Below are positions 17,037-26,897 of a stretch of DNA of 32,115 nucleotides, piece by piece (within the stretch, counting starts at the first letter, position 1; every line of letters begins with the position of its first letter). The notes beneath the pieces were generated by a model that did not search any database, was not told the origin of the DNA, and saw nothing but the letters and a program-made list of their open reading frames with translations. Where the stretch lies: assembly GCA_043738845.1 (NCBI GenBank), contig JAYUFG010000318.1:1-32115 (forward strand), given 5' to 3'. The translations under genes were made by a program, and so were the position numbers. Source of the stretch: Planctomycetaceae bacterium (GTDB taxonomy: Bacteria; Planctomycetota; Planctomycetia; Pirellulales; DASRSE01).

Positions 17037-18188
17037 ATGTCTTTCCACTTATATCACATCCGTTCATTAGCACAATTTCGCGAGATCACTTCGTCATGGG
17101 ACAATCTGTGGCTGCGAAGTGAAACCGCACTGCCCGTCGCGCAAGCAGCCTGGATCTCGCAATGGTTGCAGGCCTTTCGGTCCGATACGGAATTTCACGC
17201 CCTGGCGGTCGAAGAGGATGAAAAACTGGTCGCCGCCTTACCGCTCGTCGGGGAAAAAAAAGCCAAACTCCTAAAGGTCGGAATGTTGCCCCGCAACGAA
17301 TGGGCACCCTGCGGAGATTTACTGTGGGACACGTCGGCCGATGCAGCGGCTCTAGATTTGCTCGTGCAAGGTCTGCGACAACTTCCTTGGTCGATACTAA
17401 TGTTGAACGGCGTGCCGTTTGAGCGGCCCGACTGGCACGCATTTCTGAACGCGGCCCGGCGGGCGAACTTGTCAATTCATGCCGAAGCGAAAGCTCAAGT
17501 CGGCGTTGTCGATTGCACCGGCGACTGGGACGCCTTTCAGGACGCCTGGTCGAGCAATCACCGTCGCCACATGCGAAAAGCCTTACGCAAAGCCGAGACC
17601 GAAGGCCAAATCGCACTCCATGTCCTCAATCAGTTTTCCGACGATCAAGAAATCGCCGAACAGGTGCGGCGTGGTTTTGCCGTCGAGGACCGCAGTTGGA
17701 AAGGGACCGGCACAAATAGCTCGGTCTTAAAAACGCCCGGCCTGCTCGACTACTACATTCGTCAGGCCCAAGCGGCGGCCGCAAATGGTCAGTTGCAACT
17801 CGTCTTTCTCGAATTCAATGGACAACCGATTGCGTTCGAGTACGGTTGGTTGGCCAAGGGCACCTATTTCACGCCGAAGGTCGGTTACGACGAAGCTTTT
17901 GGCCGCTTCACTCCCGGCCAGTTATTGCGGTACATGCTGTATGAAAAACTGCACGCCGAGCAGAACATTCACACCGTCGATTTCGCGGGCGAACTGAGCG
18001 CAGCAACCGCCAAGTGGACCACCGGAACTTATCCCGTCGGTCGCGTTGTCGTCGGTTGCGGATCACTAAGGAGTCGCTGGTTGCTGAAAAGTTACACAAC
18101 CGTTCGCGCATTTCGCAATCGAAAAGCACACGTGCAATCGCCCTCGGCCAACCCGCCCGTCCCAGCGGAATTGGAAGTTGTCCAATAG
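17037..18188 (+). CDS. GNAT family N-acetyltransferase (CelD/BcsL, Acetyltransf_6-like)
   Basis: WLQAF, LVAALPL, MRKALRKAE, EDRSWKG, GQPIAFEYG, KVGYDEAFGRFTPGQLL, DFAG...KW. Confidence 0.85.
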   Translation: MSFHLYHIRSLAQFREITSSWDNLWLRSETALPVAQAAWISQWLQAFRSDTEFHALAVEEDEKLVAALPLVGEKKAKLLKVGMLPRNEWAPCGDLLWDTSADAAALDLLVQGLRQLPWSILMLNGVPFERPDWHAFLNAARRANLSIHAEAKAQVGVVDCTGDWDAFQDAWSSNHRRHMRKALRKAETEGQIALHVLNQFSDDQEIAEQVRRGFAVEDRSWKGTGTNSSVLKTPGLLDYYIRQAQAAAANGQLQLVFLEFNGQPIAFEYGWLAKGTYFTPKVGYDEAFGRFTPGQLLRYMLYEKLHAEQNIHTVDFAGELSAATAKWTTGTYPVGRVVVGCGSLRSRWLLKSYTTVRAFRNRKAHVQSPSANPPVPAELEVVQ

Positions 18189-18220
18189 TTCAGGCGTGTG
18201 GCCCGACAACCTGCCTACAT

Positions 18221-18772
18221 TCACCAAAAACCGGTTGGGCAAAGCCCCAAAATCGCTCGCAACGCCCCAGCGGCAAAAATCCCAGCCAGCCAATCGTCGG
18301 CCATTATGCCCCAGCCTCCGGGCAAACGCTCCAGTTGTCGTATCGGCGGTGGTTTGAGAACGTCAAAAAACCGAAATAAGACGAAACCCAGGGCCAATCG
18401 GGACCACGCCTGAAACGGATTGGAAAAATCGAGTGGGATCAGGAACAGCGTGATTGGCATCGCTCCAATTTCGTCCCACACGACCGAACCGGGGTCTTTT
18501 TTGCCGAACCACTTTGCACCGGCCGAACACAATGGGACGCCGACCGCGTTCACCGCCAGGATTGCCACGACCTGTAAAACCCAGTTCGGGAGGACGCCCA
18601 TCGCTGGAATTTGGGCGATTCCAACGGCCAAAGGAAGTCCCCACAGCGTTCCAAAGGTGCCCGGCGCAACGGGGGCAAAGCCAATTCCGAAGCCAGTTGC
18701 GAGCCAGACAGACCAGGGGCATTTAGGAATCGGCGGCGACGGTTGTGGGGTCGTTGATTTCATACCGGTCAT
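18221..18772 (-). CDS. pgpA: Phosphatidylglycerophosphatase A
   Basis: GFGIGFAPVAPGTFGT, KDPGSVVWDEIG, FVLFRFFDVLKP, GGWGIMADDWLAG. Confidence 0.95.
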   Translation of the reverse strand: MTGMKSTTPQPSPPIPKCPWSVWLATGFGIGFAPVAPGTFGTLWGLPLAVGIAQIPAMGVLPNWVLQVVAILAVNAVGVPLCSAGAKWFGKKDPGSVVWDEIGAMPITLFLIPLDFSNPFQAWSRLALGFVLFRFFDVLKPPPIRQLERLPGGWGIMADDWLAGIFAAGALRAILGLCPTGFW

Positions 18773-19044
18773 GCTATCTGTCAGGATTCCCCGCTGTAAA
18801 GCCAGATTTCGTTGCAAAAAATGGCCTTACTCCCCGTCTCAATACAGGCTTGTAGGTGGTTTTCTTGCTTTTTCGTGTCGCTTTGAGTAGTCTAAATAGA
18901 CGTTCAGTCATCGGTCGAATGGTGGGAATCTACTACTTTTCGACACAAGTTCATCCGATCATTTTTCCGGTCGCCTTTTCAGGCCAACAGTACGATTTCA
19001 CGGAACAGGGTTCTCCCCAATTCTTCAACTGTCGGGAGTTGCGT

Positions 19045-20406
19045 ATGCTTAATTTATCAGTCGGGTTGCGTAGTTTATTGTTAGCAGGAATCTGCACGGC
19101 ATATTTGCCAGCGAATCTGTTTGCCAACAATAACGGCAATAATAACTTCGTCAACCAGCGGAGCGTCGGCGGTGTTGCCATTAACGCCGAGGGTGTGTTG
19201 CGAAATCAAACCATCGACGAACGCAAAGAATTGCGCGCCGCTCGCGAAAAGGCCTTGGCCAAGGCGGGCGACGCTGTCACCAAAGAAACGAAACAACGAG
19301 TCATTTCGCTCGCCAAACTTGACGCCGCCGTGAAAGAGCATGTCGCTCAAAACAAACCGCTGTCCGACGACCTCAAATACTTGGCCGGTTTACAACGGAT
19401 CGAGTTCGTCTTCGTCGATGCGGAACATCACGACATCCTCCTTGCCGGGCCGGGTGAAGGTTGGAGAATTGCCAACGACGGAACGGTCGTCGGCGTGAAG
19501 TCGGGTTTGCCCGTCATGCACCTCGACGATTTGATGGTAGCAATTCGTTCGGCCGAAGGTGCTCGTCGCGCACCGATTACTTGCTCGATTGATCCAACGC
19601 CCGAAGGGGTCCGTCGCGTGCAAACCTTGCTGAGTACGCTCCGCGAAATCGGCAATAAGGAGCAAACCAAGACGTCAATTGAACAAGCCCTCGGTCCGCA
19701 AATGGTCACAGTGACGGGCGTCCCCGACAACAGCGGGATGGCCCGCGTGCTCGTGGCGGCCGATTATCGAATGAAGCGTTTGGGGATGAAGTTTGATACG
19801 CCACCCGTGCAAGGTTTGCCGAGTTATCTGGACTTGGCGAACGCTGGCTCGACCGGTTTGGCGAATGCGTTTCCTCGCTGGTGGCTCGTGCCGAAGTACG
19901 ATGCGATTGTCCGTGATCCGGAAGGAACGACGTGGAAGTTCAACGGTTCGGTCAAGTGCATGGCGTCCGAAGACTTTATGAATGCGACTGGACAAAAACA
20001 AACGGCGAAAGCCGCACCCGCCGCGCAAACCTGGGCCGACAACATGACGAAGAAGTATGACGAGTTGGCCCAAAAGGAGCCGATCTTCGCCGAGTTGAAA
20101 TGCGTGATGGACTTGGCCATCGTCGGAACATTGATTACCAAAGAACGCTTGCTCGAAAAGGCCGATCTCAAATTGAGTACATTGTCCGACGAGAAGGCTT
20201 TCAAGACCGAAGAGTTTCCCGCTCCGAAATCGATCGACTCGCAAGCGACGATGGTCAAGAAGGGAACCAACTGGCTAATCAGTGCCTCCGGTGGTGTCGA
20301 GATTCAACCGTGGGCTGTTGTCAGTGAGATCAAACAAGACGCCAGTGTTTCGTTGGCGCGGAAAAATGCGCCCGTCTCCAAGAGCGATTCGTGGTGGTGG
20401 GACTGA
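19045..20406 (+). CDS. Secreted DUF1598-like protein
   Basis: Signal-like N-terminus after a GGGAG RBS; VGGVAINAEG, LAGLQRIEFVFV, CSIDP, ARVLVAADYRMK, PRWW, SGGV, C-terminal WWWD. Family recalled, not searched. Confidence 0.75.
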   Translation: MLNLSVGLRSLLLAGICTAYLPANLFANNNGNNNFVNQRSVGGVAINAEGVLRNQTIDERKELRAAREKALAKAGDAVTKETKQRVISLAKLDAAVKEHVAQNKPLSDDLKYLAGLQRIEFVFVDAEHHDILLAGPGEGWRIANDGTVVGVKSGLPVMHLDDLMVAIRSAEGARRAPITCSIDPTPEGVRRVQTLLSTLREIGNKEQTKTSIEQALGPQMVTVTGVPDNSGMARVLVAADYRMKRLGMKFDTPPVQGLPSYLDLANAGSTGLANAFPRWWLVPKYDAIVRDPEGTTWKFNGSVKCMASEDFMNATGQKQTAKAAPAAQTWADNMTKKYDELAQKEPIFAELKCVMDLAIVGTLITKERLLEKADLKLSTLSDEKAFKTEEFPAPKSIDSQATMVKKGTNWLISASGGVEIQPWAVVSEIKQDASVSLARKNAPVSKSDSWWWD

Positions 20407-20409
20407 ACC

Positions 20410-20434
20410 TTGTCGACGCGGCGTCTCGCCACGT
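20410..20434. repeat. Single REP copy (GCGGCGTCTCGCC family)
   Basis: TTGTCGACGCGGCGTCTCGCCACGT immediately after the DUF1598 stop. Confidence 0.65.
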
Positions 20435-20504
20435 CCGGTAATTGTGTTGTTGGGTTTGGTGTGTGCTGCTGGCGTTGGGAAATTTTCAGAGAGCCAGGGA
20501 TGCC

Positions 20505-21893
20505 ATGCCACTTCGGATTGCCAACGCGGCGGGATTCCTGGGTGATTGGCTCGACGCACCCCGGCGATTGGTCGAGGCAGCACCGGTCGATTATCTGACG
20601 CTCGAATATCTGGCCGAGTTAACACTTTCGATTCTGGCCCGACAACGGGAAAAAAATCCCGCCGCTGGATATGCCGAAGATTTCCTCGAAGTGTTGCCCA
20701 GCCTGACGAAGACCCTGCGAAATCAGCCCCAGTTGAAAATCATTACCAATGCGGGTGGAATGAATCCGATCGCTTGTGCCCGTGCGGCGGCGAAGATTCT
20801 GCACCAGAATGGACTGGGCCATTTCAAAATCGGTGTCGTGACGGGCGACGACATTCGCGACCAGATCGCAAAATGGCAAGCCGCGGGTGAACCGTTTGTA
20901 AACCTCGACACGGGCGAATCACTAAGTACCCTGAGCGAATCACCCAGTACCCTGACCAATTTAACCGTCAGTGCGAATGCCTATCTCGGTGCCCGGCCAA
21001 TTGTCAAAGCCTTGGCCGAAGGGGCGAACATTGTCATCACCGGCCGCGTGGCCGATGCGTCGTTGACGCTCGGACCGGCGGTGCATGAGTTCGGCTGGGG
21101 GTGGGACGATTGGGACAAACTGGCTGGGGCGAGTGTGGCGGGACACTTGATCGAGTGCGGGGCGCAAGTGACCGGCGGATATTCGGACCGTTGGCGGGGT
21201 CACAATTTGTCGGACGTTGGTTATCCCATCGCCGAATTGAACGACGATGGAAGTTGCACCATCACCAAGCCGAACGGAACCGGCGGTATAGTTGATCGAA
21301 TGACCGTGGTAAGCCAACTCGTTTACGAAATTGGCGACCCGGCCCATTATCTCACGCCTGACGTCGATTGCGATTTCACGACGGTGGCCGTTCGCGACGT
21401 TGGCCCCGACCGCGTTGCCGTCGAGGGATCGACGGGGCGGCCTGCTCCGAAAACTCTCAAGGTTTCGCTCGCCTATCGCGATGGATACTTCGCCAGTGGC
21501 CAGTTATTGGCGACTGGTCCCGATTGCGTGGACAAAGCCCGTGCGTGCGGAAAAATCATTCTGGACCGCGTCGCCGCGGCCGGATTTACACTGGTCGAAT
21601 CACGTGTGGAATGTTTAGGTGCGGGCGAAGGCGTGCCGGGTATTTCCACTGCTCAGAGTAGCTTATCCGAGGTCATGTTGCGAGTGACCGCCCGCGATCC
21701 TCAACGTAAAGCGGTTGAGCGATTCACGCGGGAGTTCGCACCGTTAATTACAAGCGGTCCGGCGGGCTTGGCAGGATATGCGGCCGGTCGCCCGACGGTG
21801 CGGCCTGTGTTTGCCTACTGGCCGACCCTCGTGCCGCGAGAATGGGTCGCAGAGCAGGTGGAAGTCCGTGCGGCAGGAGAGTGGGATTTATAG
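20505..21893 (+). CDS. Acyclic terpene utilization AtuA family protein (DUF1446)
   Basis: LRIANAAGFLGD, DYLTLEYLAELT, TNAGGMNP, SANAYLGA, VITGRVADA, GHLIECGAQVTGG, QLVYEIGDP..Y.TPDV. Confidence 0.92.
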   Translation: MPLRIANAAGFLGDWLDAPRRLVEAAPVDYLTLEYLAELTLSILARQREKNPAAGYAEDFLEVLPSLTKTLRNQPQLKIITNAGGMNPIACARAAAKILHQNGLGHFKIGVVTGDDIRDQIAKWQAAGEPFVNLDTGESLSTLSESPSTLTNLTVSANAYLGARPIVKALAEGANIVITGRVADASLTLGPAVHEFGWGWDDWDKLAGASVAGHLIECGAQVTGGYSDRWRGHNLSDVGYPIAELNDDGSCTITKPNGTGGIVDRMTVVSQLVYEIGDPAHYLTPDVDCDFTTVAVRDVGPDRVAVEGSTGRPAPKTLKVSLAYRDGYFASGQLLATGPDCVDKARACGKIILDRVAAAGFTLVESRVECLGAGEGVPGISTAQSSLSEVMLRVTARDPQRKAVERFTREFAPLITSGPAGLAGYAAGRPTVRPVFAYWPTLVPREWVAEQVEVRAAGEWDL

Positions 21894-21913
21894 GTTGATA
21901 AACCACTCGTATT

Positions 21914-21970
21914 CGTAGACGCGGCGTCCCGCCGCGTTACAGAAGCGGCGAGACGCCGCTTGTACAAGTG
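21914..21970. repeat. REP doublet between convergent AtuA-like and clpC genes (may act as bidirectional terminator)
   Basis: GTAGACGCGGCGTCCCGCCGCGT-TACAG-AAGCGGCGAGACGCCGCTTGTACAAGT; right arm identical to 10634-10660. Confidence 0.85.
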
Positions 21971-22000
21971 GGCTTTCGGAAACAATTTCAAAGGGTCGCG

Positions 22001-24553
22001 TTAGCTCGCCGCGCCGCCGACCGGTTCGGCCTTGGTCTCGGTGACGGTGCCGATGAAGCGGAGTTGCTTCTTGCCCGCGACCTCGACGACATCGACCTTG
22101 ATCTGATCCTTGCCCTCGAATTCTCCCTTGAGAAGTTCTTCCGAGAGTGGATCTTGAACATAGTTCTCGATCGCGCGACGTAAGGGCCGGGCACCGAAAT
22201 CCATGTTGGATCCCTTCTTGATGAGCCAGGTCTTCGACTCGTCAGTAAGGCTCAATTTCAAACCTCGTTCGCCCAACCGTTCGCGAACCTTGGCCAGTTC
22301 GATGTCGATGACTTCCTTCAGGTCTTCGACCTTCAAATGGCGGAAGACAATCACGTCGTCCATCCGGTTGAGGAATTCGGGCCGGAAGACTTTTTCAATT
22401 CGCTCGTTCACACGGCTCTTCATACCGTCATAGGACGAATCGTCGTCGGGCTTTTGGAAGCCGAACTGGGCTTCGTTCTTGATCGCTTCCGCACCGGCGT
22501 TGGTGGTCATAATCAAAATCGTGTTGCGGAAATCGACATGCCGACCGAAGCTGTCGGTCAGGCGGCCTTCTTCCATGACTTGCAACAACATGTTGAAGAC
22601 GTCGGGATGGGCTTTTTCGATTTCGTCGAGCAGCACGACGGAGTAGGGGCGGCGGCGAATTTTCTCGGTAAGCTGGCCCCCTTCTTCAAAGCCGACGTAG
22701 CCCGGCGGGGCACCGATCAACCGGCTGACGTTATGTTTTTCCATGTACTCGCTCATGTCGAGTTGGATGAGGGCTTCCTCATCTCCGAACATGAACTCGG
22801 CGAGAGCCTTGGCGAGGAGCGTTTTGCCCACTCCCGTCGGACCGGCGAAAATGAAGCAACCAATCGGCCGCTTGGGGTCTTTCAAACCACTGCGGCTGCG
22901 ACGGACCGCCTTGGCAATACTGCGGACCGCTTCGTCCTGACTGACGACCCGCTTGTGCAAGTCTTCTTCCATCTTCATCAGTCGGGCAGTGTCTTCGGTG
23001 CTCATGCGGGTCAGCGGGATGCCGGTCATCTTGGAGACGACCTCTGCGACGACCTGTTCATCGACGACCCCGTCTGACTCACGCGATTTATCGCGCCATT
23101 CGCGGGTGACGGTTTGTTTTTTCTTTTTCAGCTTGTCGGCCTTGTCGCGGAGAGAGGCGGCCTTTTCAAAGTCTTGATTGGCGACCGCTTCTTCTTTTTC
23201 CTTGTTGAGCTTTTCGACTTCTTCGTCGATCTCTTTGAGGTCGGGCGGCTTGGTCATCGCTTTAAGACGGACGCGGGCACCCGCCTCGTCGATGACGTCA
23301 ATTGCCTTATCGGGGAGACAACGGCCCGTGATATAACGGCTAGAAAGTTCGACGGCGGCTTCTAACCCGTCGTCCGTGATGCGAACGCGGTGATGCGATT
23401 CATAACGGTCGCGGAGACCTTTGAGGATTTCGACCGCTTCCTTCTTGCTGGCAGGTTCGATGATGATTTCTTGGAACCGGCGGGCGAGGGCACTATCCTT
23501 TTCGATGTACTTGCGATACTCGTCGAGGGTGGTCGCCCCGATGCACTGAATTTCTCCGCGCGAGAGGGCCGGCTTGAGGACGTTGCTGGCGTCGATGGCA
23601 CCTTCGGCTCCGCCTGCTCCAACCAAGGTGTGCAATTCGTCGATGAACAGGATCGTGTTCTTAGCGCGGCGAACTTCGTTCATGACCGCTTTGATACGTT
23701 CTTCAAATTGACCGCGATACTTCGTGCCAGCGACCATCATGGCCAAGTCGAGAACGACGATGCGTCGGTCGGCGAGATTTTCGGGGACGTTGCCTTCGAC
23801 GACACGTTGGGCGAAGCCTTCGACGATGGCGGTTTTGCCGACGCCCGCCTCACCGAGGAGGACGGGATTATTTTTTTGACGACGGCAGAGGATTTGGATC
23901 GCCCGTTCGATTTCGCGTTCGCGACCGATGACAGGATCGAGCTTGCCTTGTTTGGCGAGTTCGGTCAGGTCGCGACCGAAGCTGTCGAGGGCGGGTGTTT
24001 TGGACTTGCCGGTTTTCTGGCTACCGCTGGGACCGCCCCCTTCACCGCCACCGCTGCCGCCACTACTTCCGCCCCGTTCGACGCCGCCCCGTTCACCTCC
24101 TTCGCCCCCTTCCATGCCATGCCCAAGCAGGTTGAGAACTTCTTCGCGAACGTCTTCGAGTTTCAGGCCGAGATTCATGAGAACCTGCGCGGCGACACCC
24201 TCTTGTTCACGGAGCAAGCCGAGCAGAATGTGTTCGGTCCCGACGTAGTTGTGGCCCAGGTTGCGGGCTTCTTCCATCGAGTATTCGATGACTTTTTTGG
24301 CGCGGGGAGTTTGGGGGAGCTTGCCCATCGTGACCATGTCGGGTCCACTTTGGACGAGTTTTTCGACTTCGAGGCGAATTTTTCGCAGATCGACGTCCAG
24401 GTTTTTGAGGACGTTGGCGGCGACGCCACTCCCCTCTTTGATCAGTCCCAAAAGGACGTGTTCAGTGCCGATGTATTCGTGATTGAACCGCTGAGCCTCT
24501 TGATTGGCCAGTTGCATCACTTTGCGGGCGCGGTCGGTAAAGCGTTCGTACAT
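22001..24553 (-). CDS. clpC: ATP-dependent Clp protease ATP-binding subunit ClpC
   Basis: [11 protein letters not shown] start; double Clp-N domain; Walker A GEAGVGKT and GPTGVGKT; UVR-like middle domain ([16 protein letters not shown]); DMSEYMEKH; FGF ClpP loop. Confidence 0.95.
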   Translation of the reverse strand: MYERFTDRARKVMQLANQEAQRFNHEYIGTEHVLLGLIKEGSGVAANVLKNLDVDLRKIRLEVEKLVQSGPDMVTMGKLPQTPRAKKVIEYSMEEARNLGHNYVGTEHILLGLLREQEGVAAQVLMNLGLKLEDVREEVLNLLGHGMEGGEGGERGGVERGGSSGGSGGGEGGGPSGSQKTGKSKTPALDSFGRDLTELAKQGKLDPVIGREREIERAIQILCRRQKNNPVLLGEAGVGKTAIVEGFAQRVVEGNVPENLADRRIVVLDLAMMVAGTKYRGQFEERIKAVMNEVRRAKNTILFIDELHTLVGAGGAEGAIDASNVLKPALSRGEIQCIGATTLDEYRKYIEKDSALARRFQEIIIEPASKKEAVEILKGLRDRYESHHRVRITDDGLEAAVELSSRYITGRCLPDKAIDVIDEAGARVRLKAMTKPPDLKEIDEEVEKLNKEKEEAVANQDFEKAASLRDKADKLKKKKQTVTREWRDKSRESDGVVDEQVVAEVVSKMTGIPLTRMSTEDTARLMKMEEDLHKRVVSQDEAVRSIAKAVRRSRSGLKDPKRPIGCFIFAGPTGVGKTLLAKALAEFMFGDEEALIQLDMSEYMEKHNVSRLIGAPPGYVGFEEGGQLTEKIRRRPYSVVLLDEIEKAHPDVFNMLLQVMEEGRLTDSFGRHVDFRNTILIMTTNAGAEAIKNEAQFGFQKPDDDSSYDGMKSRVNERIEKVFRPEFLNRMDDVIVFRHLKVEDLKEVIDIELAKVRERLGERGLKLSLTDESKTWLIKKGSNMDFGARPLRRAIENYVQDPLSEELLKGEFEGKDQIKVDVVEVAGKKQLRFIGTVTETKAEPVGGAAS

Positions 24554-24672
24554 AACTCGTCTTTCTCCGTCGGGTTGTGGACCATTTAGCGAGGATTGCT
24601 CGGCGTCCGGTACACGTTGCAATGTGTGGTTACACGTTGCGAGTGGTGAAATCATCCCTGGGTGTAAGCGTC

Positions 24673-24700
24673 AAACCTCCGATTCCCGTTGGAGGTTTTT
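24673..24700. terminator. Hairpin, possible intrinsic terminator between the TPR gene and clpC
   Basis: AAACCTCC-N10-GGAGGTTT(TT). Confidence 0.4.
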
Positions 24701-24715
24701 ATCAATTCGTGCCAT

Positions 24716-24766
24716 TGTCGTCTTTCGCTCCTCGAAAGGACGTCCTTTCACGGAGCGAAAGACAAC
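24716..24766. repeat. Long REP-like palindrome
   Basis: GTCGTCTTTCGCTCCTCGAAAGGA-CG-TCCTTTCACGGAGCGAAAGACAAC; related copy at 8531-8577. Confidence 0.85.
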
Positions 24767-24789
24767 CATGTTGCATGTCACTGCTATGC

Positions 24790-25473
24790 CTATGCGGCGT
24801 GCGACCTGTCGTCGTTATTTTCGCCGTTTCTACTCTCGTCTTCTCTGGGATCGTTTGCCGCCGGTTGTTCCGACAACTCGTTGTCCATTTGCCGATTTGG
24901 TTCCTGGTTGGAACCTTGGTCGGGTTTAATATCTTGCTTCTTCTCTAATTGTTCGTTTTCTTCTGGTCCCGTCAACCGGTGCCACTCACGTTGGATTTCG
25001 AGACGCCACTTTTCGTGGCCCTCGGTCTTTTCCAGGCGACGTAATTGCTCGACCCCTTCGGCCCGTCGTCCGGTGTGTCGCAAGAGGGTCGCCAGCATGA
25101 GCCGGGCGTCGACATCCCGCGATTCCTGTTGGAGCATTTGGACGAGGAGCAATTCGGTTTGGTACCAGTTTCCGTTTAAGTATTCTCGTTGTGCATCGGC
25201 GTATAAATCGACCGTTTCGCGACCGGCCGTGGCTTGCAATTTTTGCTGTTGTCGTGTGCGAATCACCGCAGCCAACCACCAAGCCGCCACGGCGACCCAG
25301 CCGATTAGGCGGATACTTGTACTAATCCACTCGGTCCAGCCATAGGTGGCCAGGAGCGTCGCGTTCAGCAACAGGGCGAATCCGATCGCCTGTCCCAAAC
25401 CGGACCAGGAGCCATGTCGCCACAATTGGGGCAACCCGGGCCAGATCAGCGTACTGTATGGGACTCGGCCCAT
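24790..25473 (-). CDS. Membrane protein with TPR-like domain and acidic low-complexity tail
   Basis: WPGLPQLW then two hydrophobic segments; LYADAQREYLNGNW...DVDARLMLATLLRHTGRRAEG is TPR-like. Confidence 0.7.
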   Translation of the reverse strand: MGRVPYSTLIWPGLPQLWRHGSWSGLGQAIGFALLLNATLLATYGWTEWISTSIRLIGWVAVAAWWLAAVIRTRQQQKLQATAGRETVDLYADAQREYLNGNWYQTELLLVQMLQQESRDVDARLMLATLLRHTGRRAEGVEQLRRLEKTEGHEKWRLEIQREWHRLTGPEENEQLEKKQDIKPDQGSNQEPNRQMDNELSEQPAANDPREDESRNGENNDDRSHAA

Positions 25474-25753
25474 GCGTCCTCTTCCTTGCGCAGACGGAGA
25501 TCGTTAGCTGCGATCCTTGCAGCCTCGGAATTCTAACCCTTAAAACCGGGTCAAGCAAGGCAAATAAAAGTCCCGCTTGGAGTTAGGTCAATTCGTGGGA
25601 AGAAGCGGGGAGAAAAAGCATCGCCAGCCCCCGTGTGGACAAGACACTTGGCCAGCGGCGCGACGGAGGGTCGCGCCCGACGAGCTTTTCATGGGCGAAG
25701 TATGCCCGGACGTTGCATTTGCACAACAGGCGTTGACCTGCGAAATTGGGAGG

Positions 25754-26812
25754 ATGGACCAAGCCTTACAAGTTAATGAACAAATTTCCGCCCTACGGAT
25801 CGTCGATGCGGCCGCCAATCGAACGGGAGAAGGGCTGCGCGTGGTCGAGGATTTCCTTCGCTTCGCCCTCGAAGATCGCCATTTGACCGAAATTTGCAAA
25901 CGACTGCGGCATGATCTGACAGCACTGCTAGCACAGATTTCGACCCAGGATCGTGTTACCGCGCGAGAGACGCTCCGCGACCTGGGAACGGAAATTTCCA
26001 CGCCCACCGAACAACAGCGAGACGATTTACGGGGCGTTGTCTCGGCCAGTTTTAAGCGGGCGGAGCAAGCGTTACGCAGTTTGGAAGAATATAGCAAACT
26101 CGTGTCGCCCGGCGTTGCCGCCGGTTTTGAGAAACTTCGCTATGCGCTCTACACGCTCGAACGGGCGACGGAAATCACTGCGAGCAGTTTGGACCGCTTG
26201 GCCAAGGCCCAGCTTTATGTTCTGCTTGATGGACGAAAAACGGCCGAAGAGTTTGCCACAATCGTCCAGTCGTTGATCGCGGGCGGGGTTCATATTATTC
26301 AACTGCGCGACAAGCAGCTTGATGATCGCACGCTTCTGTCGCGAGCGCGACACTTGCGGGAACTGACCAACGGGACGAGTACGCTGTTCATTATGAACGA
26401 CCGGCCTGACTTGGCCCGTCTGTCCCAAGCCGACGGCGTTCACGTCGGTCAAGAGGAACTTGCGGTGAAAGACTGTCGAGCGATACTCGGCGTGGAACCG
26501 CTCGTCGGCGTTTCGACCCATTCGCTGGAGCAAGCCCGTCAAGCGATTCTCGACGGTGCGAACTATATTGGCGTGGGACCGACATTTCCTTCGGCGACGA
26601 AAAACTTTAAGCAATTCACCGGTCTGGATTTTTTGCGGCAAGTGGCCCGTGAGATTCGCCTACCAACATTTGCAATTGGCGGGATCACGGCGGAGAATTT
26701 GAACGAGGTCATTTCCACGGGCGTCAGGCGGTTTGCGGTGAGCAACGCACTTGTCAACGCTCCAGACATTGAAATAGCAACACAAATCTTGCTGCGAAAA
26801 TTGAAGACGTGA
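25754..26812 (+). CDS. thiE: Thiamine-phosphate synthase with N-terminal ThiD2-type helical domain
   Basis: RIVDAAANRTGEGLRVVED (ThiD2-like); IQLRDK, IMNDRPD, DGVHVGQEE, GVSTHS, YIGVGPTFPSATK, FAIGGI. Start uncertain. Confidence 0.93.
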   Translation: MDQALQVNEQISALRIVDAAANRTGEGLRVVEDFLRFALEDRHLTEICKRLRHDLTALLAQISTQDRVTARETLRDLGTEISTPTEQQRDDLRGVVSASFKRAEQALRSLEEYSKLVSPGVAAGFEKLRYALYTLERATEITASSLDRLAKAQLYVLLDGRKTAEEFATIVQSLIAGGVHIIQLRDKQLDDRTLLSRARHLRELTNGTSTLFIMNDRPDLARLSQADGVHVGQEELAVKDCRAILGVEPLVGVSTHSLEQARQAILDGANYIGVGPTFPSATKNFKQFTGLDFLRQVAREIRLPTFAIGGITAENLNEVISTGVRRFAVSNALVNAPDIEIATQILLRKLKT

Positions 26813-26847
26813 CACCTTTGAACGGTTTCAAGACAATGGCTGTCCCC

Positions 26848-26883
26848 CATTCATCGCTCGTCGTTCCGCATTCATCGTTTCCC
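26848..26883. repeat. Degenerate heptamer tract between convergent genes
   Basis: CATTCAT CGCTCGT CGTTCCG CATTCAT CGTTTCC. Confidence 0.55.
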
Positions 26884-26897
26884 AAGAACGGAACGTG

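Noticed and set aside
22337-24589. 246-aa and 399-aa plus-strand ORFs
   Set aside because: Antisense shadows of the strongly codon-biased clpC.
25474-25753. TPP riboswitch upstream of thiE
   Set aside because: No CTGAGA...ACCTG...GCGTAGG-type core is visible.
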